64,000 nt of DNA, from positions 12,772,001 through 12,836,000 of the forward strand of contig NC_043014.1 of assembly GCF_006345805.1 (NCBI RefSeq), written 5' to 3'. The first letter of the stretch is position 1, and each line of letters starts with the position of its first letter. The stretch comes from Octopus sinensis. Its lineage: Eukaryota. Positions 22,210 to 35,638 of this stretch are shown piece by piece. The position numbers were made by a program, and so were the translations under genes. Below the pieces are notes generated by a model that had not been told where the DNA came from, did no database searches, and saw only the letters and a list, made by a program, of their open reading frames with translations.

Positions 22210-25200
22210 ATGATGACAGAGAATTGCCAGCTTCAAGAAGTGAGATTAATTTCCAGTTTTATCACTGATGCCAATGATTTTTCTAATCAATCAATTGAAC
22301 TTGTTGCTGGATCCAATAAAAGTATTTATCGGAAAAAACCTGCAATAATACCCAGGAAACATCTCAGAGATCAAGTTAAAGATGGATCCATAACTGTAGA
22401 ACGCTTACAGACATCATCTGAAAATCAATGTACAACAAATTCTGGCAGTGTTTATCTCTTGAATTTAGAAACACAAAAGCCATTGATTTTCAAGCCAAGT
22501 GACCAGAATTCTTGCAGTGATTCCAAAAGAAACACAAGCGAAATATCTAATAAACTGCTGATATCCCACGAGGTAAAAATCTGCCCATATGAGACAAGTA
22601 GTTATTGTTTGTCTAAATCATCGAAGCCATTGAATCATGAAAGATGCAAAGAACAGCTCTTGCTTCTGTCACCGCCTTCACAACCACCTCCTCTGTATGA
22701 TGGCTTAGATTTTCATGAAGAAAACCTTGAACATGATGCAAATGCTTCTTTGTGCGACGGAAATTATAAAGGTGTTGTATCACCGCTTAAACTGAGTAGC
22801 AACCCAAAGGATTCTGTCATTGACAAAGATATGATAGGTGATCTCATCGAACTATACAATAAACCTGATAGCGTTAAAGATAATAATACATGTTATCAGG
22901 TTGGTGGCAATGATAAAAAGGATGTAGTTGAGAATAATAAACATATTAGGTCCAATGGCTACAATAAATTCGATGCACCTCAAAATAATGCACATGTGCA
23001 ATCCAATGGCTTTAATAAGCGTGATGTACCAAAAAATAAAATGCATGCTTTATCTGAGGAGTATGATAAACGTAGAATATCACCCAGCAATACACATCTG
23101 CCATATAATGGCTACTGTCAGTCTAGATTATCGCCTGATGGCTCGTATAGGTTAAATGAAGGCATTGAAAGAAACTTACCTTCAGATACCATTCATGCTT
23201 TGTATGAGGATTACCATGAAAATATCATATCTAATGATAATTCATATGACGACTTCATAAAAAATCTATCTCCTGGCAACCACAGTGATGACTATTATGA
23301 AGTATTACCCAATACAATCTACATTGATGACCACAAGAAGGTTTTATCTTCTGATTACACTCAATCCTTGTCTGAAGACTATTATAAAAGCACATGTACT
23401 GAGAATGAGGAGTACTACAAAAGACATGATTTAATAGAAGATATTGGATCCAGAGATTACACCAGAACTGTTTATGACAGTTACAACAATTATTCCTCAA
23501 ATGTTGTATCACCAGATAACTCATACTCTCTGAATGACAACTGTCCAGGCCATGCTGTATCTTCAAACAAAAACCAAAGGTATTCTGTCGATGAATACAA
23601 AACTATCATATCTTCAGACGATGGACGTTCTTTCTGCTCAGATACCAGGCCATTTGTTAAAAAGCGGTCGTACTCCAACAGTAACCAGAATTACATATCA
23701 CCAGATACTGTACAGAATCGGTACACAGATTCTCAGAGAAATATGGCTTCCTCAGTTGGTAGTCCAACTTCAAATGTAGAACTACAAGAAAATGTAACAT
23801 CTCTAATAGACAGTCAAGATTTCCCTGTTGATTACACTGAAGATAGCGGGTTACAAAATGAAAGAATTTTCACAAGGTCTCCCAAACCATTCCCATTGGA
23901 TATTTCCAGTAAATATAGTCCAATAGAAAAAGATGAAAAAGTTTCAAGTTCATTTATTGATCACTCTGAAAGGACCAATGTGGTGTTCAATCCTTTAAAT
24001 GGAAGAGAATCAAAGCATTCTCTACCAATTCAAATAAAAACCACGCAAGAATGTTCAGAGAATTTTCCTAATGTTTATAGAATTGACAGTGATAACCAGA
24101 GGAATAACAATGACAACACAAAAATGAGATATGTAAAACCTCCAAAATTTTTGAGCCGTGGAAAATCTCACATGAATGGTGAAGAGACAGTGGTAGTTAA
24201 TGAGGATTATCAGAATATGATTAGTCCTGTATTTGCAGGACAATTTAATTTTGATGACGGGGAAATACAACAATCTGTCAATAGTGTTAATGAAATCTTC
24301 ACACTTCCTTATAAGATTTCAGAAAACTATCTCCAAGACGATAGCCTAGATGGACACATGAATCCTTTACTGGCATCCTCACCATTATCACCAAGATTCC
24401 CGAGGCATGAGATGTCTGACAGATTTAACAGAGTGAAAAGCAATGTTCAAAAGGAAAATAATCCTTTAAAACAGGAAGGAACGGTTGTAGATGATGTCTT
24501 CTATTTGGATTCTCCTGATAATAGAACAAGCTCTAGAGCTTTACCATCTAGAAGTAGTTTTTGTACATTTTCAGAGAATCCTTCTCATGACTACGATAAA
24601 AGGAAATCAAAGCAGGAACATCAACAGACCAAAAGAGCCACCAGTTGGAGTTCAAATGGTGATTTACATGATGTTTCTGACAACTTGTTTCAAAATAACA
24701 GAACAAAACCTAATTATTTCTACTTCAGTCAGCAACAATCTCCACTTCATTACGAAGATATCGAGGAAAGTTTTCCCTTTTCAGCTGGTTCACCAAAGGT
24801 TAATTCTGACTACTACTACACCTTGGACCCTCTTGCTGCGAGTACTTCAGAAGGAATGTTGAAATACAGTGAAAAATATAAAGAAAATACTAATAAGCAA
24901 TACAGTCGAAGGCACTCAAGTTTAGTAACTGATGAATCTGGATTTGTAGATGGTAGTAATTTCTCTGCTGCTTCTGGTTCTGCTGACTATCACCAAAACA
25001 TTGAAAAAATCTCAATGCTTTCGTTTTCTAACTCTGAAGAATATGAATTTAATAATGTAGAAGTCTTTCCAGCTTATGTTGATAATTATGAAAACTATGT
25101 GAATAGTCCTGGTATTAATGTTTCAGTTGATCCTAGGAAAAAGACAAAAAGGGTTTCTTTCAGTTGTAGCAAAGAGACAGGGTTTGAAAACTATGCCAAC

Positions 25201-25585
25201 ATTGATGATTTCAATGATATTTCTAGAACATCTAATGATGATAGTTTCACAAGAGAAAAAGCATTTTCATATCTCTCTGTGAGATCTCCAAGATCTTTTA
25301 CAGGAAATACAAACTGTGAGAGAATTCCAAGAAAGAAAGAAAATAATTCCAAAGCTGACCTGTATATGAATTCAGAAGAAGCAGCCAATTACATAAATTC
25401 TTTAAGTATTAATTCCAGCAGAGCTTCTGATGAAAGCGAGTGTAATTTGTCAGCCAAAGAAAATGCCATGGAAATATCTGCAGTAGACAGAGGTTTCCGA
25501 AAACTCTCAGAAGCTTTAGAAAATACTTTGAGAAAGCCTCCATCTAAAATAACTTTTGCATCAGACCGCATGAAAAAAAAATTTT
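22210..25585 (+). CDS. Large coding exon A (~1125 aa, Ser/Asn/Asp/Tyr-rich, probably disordered); unknown protein
   Basis: 1130-codon ORF free of repeats in a repeat-saturated region. T-rich tract and AG acceptor at 22199-22200, in-frame TGA immediately before ATG 22210, consensus donor GTAAGT at 25586 (phase 1). Confidence 0.8.
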
Positions 25586-26404
25586 GTAAGTTTTTTAAAT
25601 GAATATTTTGCAAATAAAGAAAAAACATTGATGGGACTCATAGCTAGCTTGGATGGTTGAAAAGCAGTTTAACACTTTAGCATTTAAACTGGTCATATCC
25701 AGCCAAAATATTCTAGCTGTTTTATGTTCAAACTGGGCAGATCCAACCTCTTACACTTGTGCTGCAATGTCATTCTAAAAATAAACAATCGCATCGTTGA
25801 AATCTCAAAGCTATGAGATAAGCCAATTGATCCACAATGATGTGAATAAATAAACATTACATTTGACTGAGAAATTTGAATGTTCAGTTAAAAAAAAAAG
25901 ACATTTAACTTTCAATTGTCTAATCTACGAAACTGTAAATTGGTACGATGGTAAGATAAAGGTCATTGTCATAAGCAGCCAAAATATGGACAGCTTTTGA
26001 CTTTTTCTTCTATCCAAAAGGGGTTTTCAGCCCAATAGTTACATGTTGTTGTTTATAGTTTTGTGTGACATGGTACATGCCATAGAACAGGTGATAATTT
26101 TCAGTGAATGACTGTCACGTTTTGATTTCAATTGTCTGTCGAGTTACTTCACATGGTTGCTAAATTTGCCTCAACCCATCTGAAATGAAACTAGGAAATG
26201 AGGAGTGTTAGGAAGATGAGCTGTAATGTATATGTCTATATATCTATGTATGTAACTTCTTTTTTTTTTGTACAAGGCACTTCCTTAATTTGCTAGAAAT
26301 AGTAACTGAATTCTCTCTGAATCATATTCTACCATCTTTAAAGTGCTTTATACACACTTTTGACAACTTGTGGTGCACCTGAGCACTGTATACAATAATT
26401 TCAT

Positions 26405-26435
<31 letters not shown>

Positions 26436-27414
26436 GAGTGAGAGAGTAGTGCATGCCATCAAAGTGACACTGGGGTAAAATATACGAAGCCCAGTATACC
26501 CATCATGACTACCTGTCTGATAAGGGTACACTAGGCACATGCATCACAACCATGTGTGCGACATGGTGATCTCAAATCTAGATTAACAGAGCAGGTGGGG
26601 CCCAGTTCGAATTTTCTTCGGGTTGAGTAGCCCATCCCACACAAAAGGTCCCTGAATAAGGATTGTTTGAGAATATTGAATGAACCATCCATGTTTCCAA
26701 AGGTGAATTATCCAAACCTCTTAGAATTCCTTTCAATACACGGCTATGATGCTCCACCACTACTTCTGCTCATGATGAGAGATGCACATATCATCAGCCA
26801 CTAAGGGACTATTTTCATTATTATTATTATTAAAGTGGAAGGACACACCTGAACAATGTAGTTCAAAGTAAAAAAAAAAAATGGATGGTCATACCTGGAA
26901 CCGTTGGCTCACTGGACAAAATACTTAGCAGCATTTCGTCTGTCTTTACATTCTGAGTTCAAATTCTGCCGAGGCCAATTTTGCCTTTCATCCTTTTGGG
27001 GTCAATAAAATATGTACCAGTTGAGTACTGGGGTCAATGTAATTGACTTTAACCCCTCTCCAAAATTGCTGTCCTTGCACCAAAATTTAAAACCATTATT
27101 TATAATTTTTTCTGTGGTGTGCTTTGAGAACCAATGTTACAAAAAAATTATTATTTCATATTCTCTTAAAAGTTTATAAAATTCTTATGACATCAACAAC
27201 CATAAATTGTGAACCTTTAATGCAGACATGAAAGCCTTTCTTGGAAAAGCTTAGAAAAGGCCCTGCCAGTTGGCATTGGCTACCGTTCCTTCATGAAGTT
27301 GTTTGTGGTATATTAACATGTGGCACCTTGGGCAAGTGTCTTCTACTATAGCCTCAGGCAGACCAAAGCCTTGTGAGTGGATTTGGTAGACGGAAACTGA
27401 AAGAAGCCGTCGTA

Positions 27415-27447
<33 letters not shown>

Positions 27448-28396
27448 GCGTGTGTGTGTCTGTGTTTGTCCCCCTAGCATTGCTTGACAAACGATGCTGG
27501 TGTGTTTATGTCCCCGTTACTTAGCGGTTCGGCAAAAGAGACCGATAGAATAAGTACTGGGCTTACAAAAGAATAAGTCCTGGGGTCGAGTTGCTCGATT
27601 AAAGGTGGTGCTCCAGCATGGCCGCAGTCAAATGACTGAATCAAGTAAAAGAGTAAAAGAGAGTATGTTATTATCTGGTTATTGCTGTTGTTTATCTACA
27701 TATTGGACTTTCCAGGAATGACCATCCAGTTTTTTTTTCATTTTTAACCACGTTGTCTAAATGTCTCCTTCCACTTAAAAATACTAGAATATGATTCAAT
27801 GGAAATTCCTTTATTATTTCTAGAAAATTCGGGAAGTATCTTATGCTAATAAGAATAATTTTCCTAATACCCCTCGTTTCCTAGTTACATTTCAAATATG
27901 GAAAGGCAAATTTAGCAATCGTAGGACATAGCTTAATGAAAAAGTATGACCTGGGTCTTTTGCAACTGGAAGCCTAAAAATGTCACATCCAGTTGTAAAA
28001 TTCCAGGACAAAATTCATGGATGTAAAACACAGCTGGAGGAGACAGAACAAGAGAACACTGAAAACAAGGCTGGTTATTGCGGTTATCGGAGTTATGTCC
28101 CCTGTATTGGTCCCATTTAGCCAGTTACATACAGTATGCTAGTTTTTTTGTGATATTTGAAGAGAAGACACGATGGAGACGGGGATAGAAAGCTGGGTGG
28201 GGGATCGGTTGCAGAGGAGTGGGAAAGAAGAGAGGCAGGGAATGGTTATTTTTTTTATCTAAAATGGGTGATCGTGTATATGCATACGTATGTGTTTTTA
28301 TATGGCTAACGTACGTCTTCTATACTGGAATCACATTAGTTTCAACTCATGGTCTTAGATCGAATCACTGCCTGGCAAATACACTTCCGATATATG

Positions 28397-28492
<96 letters not shown>

Positions 28493-28519
28493 CTTTATTT
28501 TAAGCAGCAGAAAATTCAA

Positions 28520-28569
28520 CAAAATCTGTTACTCTGAGTTTCTCGTTGCCGTTCATCAGACAGTTTTTG
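28520..28569 (-). ncRNA. Type I hammerhead ribozyme, intact core (antisense copy in the left arm)
   Basis: Exact reverse complement of 28609-28658. Confidence 0.7.
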
Positions 28570-28608
28570 CCTTTCCTCCTTTTCGGGTCAATAAAATATG
28601 TACCAGAG

Positions 28609-28658
28609 CAAAAACTGTCTGATGAACGGCAACGAGAAACTCAGAGTAACAGATTTTG
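28609..28658 (+). ncRNA. Type I hammerhead ribozyme, intact core
   Basis: caaaaactgt-CTGATGA-A-CG-GCAA-CG-A-GAAAC-TCAGA-GTA-acagattttg. Stem I is 4 bp + A.A + 5 bp, stem II is closed by a GNRA loop, stem III is ACTC/GAGT, GUA at 28646-28648. Confidence 0.75.
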
Positions 28659-28862
28659 TTGAATTTTCTGCTGCTTAAAATAAAGCATATTACTCTACCA
28701 CTGGTATTTGAGTACTCTTTTTTCCACCTTGTTTCACATTTATGTGTTTACTCCGGTATATATATATATATAGGAAGAGTTTACGAAAAAAACAAAAGAC
28801 TAAGACAAGTGGTGTAGAAAACAAACAGATGTATTAGTATAATGCTCAGGAATAGAAAAAGT

Positions 28863-28898
28863 CTTTTACGTTTCGAGCCTACGCTCTTCTACAGAAAG
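28863..28898 (-). ncRNA. Minimal hammerhead-like motif with A6U core, in a ~150-bp element between (TA)n tracts
   Basis: Minus strand reads cttt-CTGTAGA-A-GAGC-gtag-GCTC-GAAAC-GTA-aaag. Confidence 0.55.
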
Positions 28899-28922
28899 GG
28901 ACACAGAAAGAAACAAGGAGAG

Positions 28923-28980
<58 letters not shown>

Positions 28981-29079
28981 GCTGAGGTGTGTATGGGGGC
29001 GGGGGAATATTGAACACCCACTCCTTGTCATTTCTGGCAAAGGAAACACAATGGAGGAAAAGCCGACTTTTATATTGTG

Positions 29080-29430
29080 TTGAGTCAAAAGGTTTGCAAT
29101 AATTTAGTAACTTATTTGCTTTATTCATCAAGTTACAACAAAAGCAGCCGAGCATTCAAAGTGGTGGCCATCGTGTTGCACCATCTGAAGCCACTTCTCT
29201 ACCAGTTCTTGTCCCTTGAGGTAAAGTACTCCTTCACTTAAACTTCCACTTCCTCTTGGTTGATGAAGTGTTGCAAGCACAGGAAGTGAGCCATAGATTG
29301 GAGCAAGTAATAATCCAAGGGAGATATTTTTCTGCAATTCCCATATGCAAAAGCAGTGGTTAAGCAAAGGCCAGCTTCCAGAGCCTGTTGCCAAACTCAA
29401 ACATCTGGAATTATAATGGGGTAACTCACT
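29080..29430 (-). mobile_element. Mariner transposase 3' remnant (decayed)
   Basis: Minus-strand ...ELVEKWLQMVQHDGHHFEC; homologous in inverted orientation to 30060-30350. Confidence 0.65.
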
Positions 29431-29864
29431 ACAAGCACTTTCTGGACAGGCGCAGGAGTGGCTGTGTGGTAAGTAGCTTGTTTACCAACCACATGGTTCT
29501 GGGTTCAGTCCCACTGTGTGACACCTTGGGCAAGTGTCTTCTACTATAGCCTCAGGCCGACCAAAGCCTTGTGAGTGGATTTGGTAGACAGAAACTGAAA
29601 GAAGCCCGTCGTATATATGTATATATATATATATATGCGTGTGTGTGTCTGTGTTTGTCCCCCCTAGCATTGCTTGACAACCGATGCTGGTGTGTTTATG
29701 TCCCCGTTACTTAGCGGTTCGGCAAAAGAGACTGATAGAATAAGTACTGGGCTTACTTATACATGCTTAAGAATAAGTCCCGGGGTCAAGTTACTCGATT
29801 AAAGGCAGTGCTCCAGCATGGCCGCAGTCAAATGACTGAAACAAGTAAAAGAGTAAAAGAGTCA

Positions 29865-30350
29865 AACTATTGATGCCAACCTGTACTCTGAACAGCTGGA
29901 GCAGATGTATGCCATTGTGTGCCAAAAATACCCAGCATTGGTTAACAGAAAGCAAGCTCTTATCCATCAAGACAGCTCAAGACCACATGCTGCTCAAACA
30001 ACCCAGATTAAACTCCAGGAACTTGAGGGAATCAAAGTGATACCACACCCAGTATATAGTTTGGACCTAGGTCTCTCGGATTATTACTTGTTCTGATCCA
30101 TGGCTACTTTCCTGCTCTTGTGATGTTTCATCAACCAAGAGGAGGTGGCAGCTTCAGTGAAGGAATTCTTTACTTCGAATGACAAGAACTGGTACCAGCC
30201 TGGAATCAAAGAACTGGCAGAAAGGTGGCTTCAGACAGTGCAACACAATGGCCTCTATTTTGAATGCTAGGCTGCTTTTGTAGTAACTTGACAAACAAAG
30301 CAAATAAATTACCAAAATATTGCAAAACTTTTGACTCAGGATATGCTCAA
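29865..30350 (+). mobile_element. Mariner transposase C-terminal remnant
   Basis: IDANLYSEQL...YPALVNRKQALIHQDSSRPHAA...LQELEG..VIPHPVYSLDLGLSDYYLF...GIKELAERWLQTVQHNG.YF, matching HDNARPH and HPPYSPDLAPSDYHLF. Confidence 0.85.
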
Positions 30351-32639
30351 CCATCAGGCTAATACGTGCTTGTATTCATGAAGGAAGAGGGAAAAGAAAC
30401 CCAACATTGAAAGTCCAGGTAGATCTATGGGTGTATGGAGTTTTTCAATATGATTCTTTTCTCTGTTAAACATAATTTGCACCTCTTACTACTGTTGACA
30501 TAGGGTCCACATAGGTTTTCTAACAGGCTCCACTTGATATTACATTGTTCAGCATTTTCTTTCAATACCCATACATTTCTCATCAACTACACTCACGGAG
30601 TGGTTGGCGTTTGGAAGGGCATCCAGCTGTAGAAACACTGCCAGATCAGACTGGGCCTGGTGCAGCCTCCTGGCTTCCCAGACCCCGGTCGAACCGTCCA
30701 ACCCATGCTAGCATGGAAAGCGGATGTTAAATGATGATGATGACGATGTTGTTGTGATCCTATGTTTTTCTAGGATATTAAACAAGGACTTGTAGTTATT
30801 GAACCTGGTCTTGAAGGAGCCTTCTGTTGTGCCCATATATTTTGTTACACTTGTTACCCCACTGCTGCCTTTAAATTAAGAAATTAAGAACTGGAAATGA
30901 CAGGTCTGGACATCTTGTATTTACAAGATGTCAACAGCTGTTTACAGCTACAGCACACTAAAGAATAATGAGTCATTTCAACTCTCTAGTATTGATTAGG
31001 TTATACTTTACTAAGGAGGTCCAATAAGCCCAAAACATGTCCAGAGGTGTGACCATAGTGCTAAATATCAGACTCACTTCATCTGCATTTCATTTTCCAC
31101 TATCATATCATCGTTTTAACATACATTTTCCCATGCTCGCATGGTTGGATGGAATTTGTTGAGGCAGATTTTTATGGTTGGATGTTCTTTTTGTCATTGA
31201 CCCTCCCCTGTTGCCAAGTAGGGTTATATATTTCCCCATGACAAGATGTTTCATGGAAGACTGAAAACAACACTGCTTGCATGACAGTGACTCTCATTTA
31301 CAACTATCATGCAATGTCAAGACAAGAACTCAGTAACATACACACACAACCACGGTCATATACACAAATATATACATACATAGCGCAAGGATGACACGCA
31401 AATTCGTGAAGCGTTCCATATTTTTAAATCGATCATTGGAAATTGCAGATGTGTTACCAGTGCCGGTGGCATGTAAGAGAACCTTCCGTTTCGCGACCGT
31501 TGCCAGCACCGCCCCGTTTCGTGTCCGTTGCCAGCCTCGCCTGGCCCTTGTGCCAGTGGCACATAAAAAGCACCATCCGATCGTGGCCGTTTGCCAGCTC
31601 TGTCTGGCACCTGTGCGGGTGGCACGTAAAAAGCACCCACTACACTCACGGAGTGGTTGGCGTTAGGAAGGGCATCCAGCCGTAGAAACACTGCCAGATT
31701 TGACTGGGCCTGATGAAGCCTTCTGGCTTCACAGACCCCAGTAGAACCGTCCAACCCATGCTAGCATGGAAAACGGACGCTAAACGACGATGATGATGAT
31801 GATGATGAAATATATATATTCTTTCACTTGTTTGTCATTTGAGTGCAGCCATGCTGGAGCACCACCTTAAAGGGTTTTAGTCAATGAAATTGACCCCAGG
31901 ACTTATTCTTTGTAAGCCTAGTACTTATTAATCAGTCTCTTTTTGCTGAACCACTAAGTTACAGGGACATAAACACATCAGCATTGGTTGTCAAACAATG
32001 GCAGGAGGGACACACACACACACACACACACACATACATACATACATGCATACCTTCATACATACAGGGGGCATCTTTCACTTTCCGTCTACCAAACTCA
32101 TTCACAAGGCTTTGGTCAGCCCAAGGTTATAATAGAAGACACTTGCCCAAGGTGCCACGCTGTGAGATTGAACCAGGAACCATGTGATTTGAAATTAAAC
32201 TAATAACCACACAGCCACACCTACGCCTATTTTATTAATTTCAATCGTATTTTAGTGTTAGCTTTTCCCTTTTTTTTTTTCTTAGTAATTTAGATGATAC
32301 TGCCGAGGTCGACTTTGCTTTCCAGGGTCGATAAAATAAGTACCAGTTGATCATTTAGGTCGTTGTAATCAATTAACTCTCTACCCCCAAATTTCAGGTC
32401 TTGTACCTGAAGCAGTAATAGAATATGCCTCAACAAATTCCATCCAACCATGCGAGCATGGGAAAATGTATGTTAAAACAATGATGATATGATAGTGGAA
32501 AATGAAAGGCAGGTGAAGTGAGTCTGATATTTAGCACTATGGTTACACCTCTGGACATGTTTTGGACCTCCTTAGAAAAGTATATTCCCATCACTAACAA
32601 TGTAATTTTAATAAATTAAAAATTTCCTAGAATACTACG

Positions 32640-32848
32640 TCATGTATTCTAGCGACTATTTTCGTTAAGCATCGATCTCTGGCTGTCATCACCACTGCTA
32701 TAGATCTTCCTCCACTCCAGCTCCCCTCTCTTGCTGTTGTTTATAGTAATGTGGAGAGAGAAAGAGGGCGAGTGGGAGATTTTTGGATAGTTGCTTCGTA
32801 GGAATAGTCGAAACAGCAAGCACCAATTAAACTTATAACACGCGACGC
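32640..32848 (+). promoter_or_regulatory. Putative promoter / non-coding first exon
   Basis: Repeat-free and locally CpG-rich (cgcgacgcg), ending in the consensus donor GTAAGT at 32849. No ORF. Confidence 0.4.
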
Positions 32849-33458
32849 GTAAGTAAATAAAAATACGTAATTTTTATGTGGTTTTCTTGTCTTCCAAATT
32901 TTTTTTCCTGTCTCTCTCACGGCTTTTTCTTCGACTTTCCAAAGACATCTACTATTGGTTTCTTTCATTCTATTTTTAACTCGCCCCAATTTAACCCAAC
33001 ATCGTGGCCTATAATAATTACCAATATTTGTGTCGGTAGTTGAATATATTCTCTTACATCAACAAAAATACTTCCCTTTTTTTTTCTACTCATAATTTTT
33101 AAAATAAATTTGTTGTTTGTTTTATTTTTCTAAAGTCACGGAGAAAATCCAATGTGTTAAATAATCTGAAATTTGTGATTATATAAATATTGAAAGAAAA
33201 AGAAAAAATATTTCGTTTTGCATGTGAAAAACGGTGTAAGGATGTCTAAACAGACCAGCTCTAACTAATGACTGGTTTACTTGTAATCCTCTTTTGTTAT
33301 TTACCTTTTAATAAACTGTTAATCAATAAAATAATTTGTAGATATTTAAAAAAAATAAATATATGTCAAATTCTATTGTCTTATTCTCTTTACTGGACTG
33401 AAATATAAAACGAAAACAATTTAATCCTCTAATTATACACACGCATATATAGTCGATG

Positions 33459-33496
<38 letters not shown>

Positions 33497-33564
33497 GGAG
33501 ATGTACTTGCATAGCAAGTGACCTGATCTGAGATCGTGTGCTGGAACGAAAACGATATATATAT

Positions 33565-33595
<31 letters not shown>

Positions 33596-35570
33596 TCAGA
33601 CACTCCCACAGACTTAACTTTATTTAAGCATTAATTGTTTGGAGTCAAAATTTTCTTGGTACCATCTGCAATCTGGTCACTGACACGGTTCCACTCTTTT
33701 ACACACACACACACACATATGCATGATATATATACCGCTTGACAACGGTGTTGGTTTGTTTACGTCTCCGTAATTTTGCCGTTCGGCATAAGAGACCAAT
33801 AGAATAATGTACCAGGTTTTTAAAAAATATATTGGGGTCGATTCCTTCGACTAAAACCCTTCAAGGTGGTGAACTAGTACAACCGCACTTCAAATGGCTG
33901 AAACAAGTTAAAGATGGTTTTATTTATATATATGTATATATATATATATTGTGTGCGTGTGGAGAATAAAGTGAAAACGCCTAATTCATAAATTTCTGAC
34001 TCAAGACCTAAAATATTTAAAACTGCATCACCAATCGTAAATCGAAAAATAATTCTCTTCTGAAAAATTTTCTTCTTAATCTTGGCTCCAAAGTTATCGT
34101 GCGGATTATTTATAGAAATTTATAGACAGCCACGGAAATAATGCTAAAAATAGCAATTATAGAAGCGGACGTGGCAACGATGGAGCCACTACGTCATTGC
34201 TCGATCTGCTAGAAATAGCAGCAAAATCTCAAATCACACCGTAATTGTTTAACTAAAAGGTCACGTTGATGGATGTGGTCCTAGGTATTTGGATATTTTT
34301 ATGATCACAAAAAGAAAGAAAATTGCTGTAAGCAATTAGCCTCATTATTTTTAAATGTGTAATCGAAAAAGTGTTTAAAAAATTTAATTGCTGAAGATGG
34401 GAAAACTAAAAATTTGAAAAGCTGCCATTTATTTATCATCTATTTAATATTGTTATTATTATATTTATTCGCAAAATCGTAAATATCCGCTGCTGAAAAC
34501 AGGATCCTGAAGATATTTTTGGATTAAAAAAATTAAATAAAATACTACTTCTATTACTGCTTTAAGCACAAGGCCCCGAAATTTTAGGGTAGAGAGTTAA
34601 TTGATTACAACGACCCAAATGATCAACTGGTAGGTACTTATTTTATCGACCCTGAAAAGCAAAGTCGACTTCGGCAGTATTTGAATTCAGAACGAGAAGA
34701 CGGACGACATGCCATTGAGCATTTTGTCCGGCGTGCTGACGATTCTGCAAGCTCACCGCCTTTACTAAATAATAGAAAAGGATGATGGTGATGTGGTGGA
34801 CTGCAGATTCACTCCAACATGTCCTGTTGGAACTTGACAAAAAAGTTTTAAAGTTTATCATTTTCAGTTTTATGATGATAAAACGAAAGAATGCCAAATA
34901 AATAATGGGATGGTTCCCGTTGGATGTCTTTGATCATAGGCCTGCTCTCGACTAGAAGTGATCCATTGTTAAACAAAAAGTATATAGGCGCAGGAGTGGC
35001 TGTGTGGTAAGTAGCTTGCTTACCAACCACATGGTTCCGGGTTCAGTCCCACTGTGTGGCATCTTGGGCAAGTGTCTTCTGCTATAACCTCGGGCCGGCC
35101 AAAGCCTTGTGAGTGGATTTGGTAGACGGAAACTGAAAGAAGCCTGTCGTATATATGTATGTGTGTCTGTGTTTGCCCCCCCCCCTACATCGCTTAACAA
35201 CCGATGCTGGTGTGTTTACGTCCCCGTAACTTAGCGGTTCGGCAAAAGAGACCGATAGAATAAGTATTAGGCTTACAAAGAATAAGTCCTGGGGTCGATT
35301 TGCTCGACTAAAGGCGGTGCTCCAGCATGGCAGCAGTCAAATGACTGAAACAAGTAGAAGAGTATATACCTGCATATGTGTGCTACCCCGACTTTGTTTC
35401 CTCATAACTTTCAGAAAAATTCCGATACACAAGTTATCTACATGTAGTTGCAAAAATAAAATTCCTTAAAAGAATGGACATTTTTCTGAAAGCTATGAAG
35501 AAACAAAACCAAGGGCGCATACTTATGTAGGTATGCCTATGCATAAGTTTTACACACACACACACACACA

Positions 35571-35638
<68 letters not shown>

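Larger units (their letters stand above)
28493..28757 (+). mobile_element. PLE-like mini element: 78-bp near-perfect inverted repeat (28493-28570 / 28608-28685) around a 37-bp SINE-B fragment, flanked by (TA)n
   Basis: The arms are reverse complements. The spacer ctttcctccttttcgggtcaataaaatatgtaccaga is SINE-B core sequence. Confidence 0.8.

Noticed and set aside
29450-29520. tRNA gene (also the other SINE A, B and D heads)
   Set aside because: A/B-box-like motifs only; no complete cloverleaf or terminator, and it continues into a SINE body.
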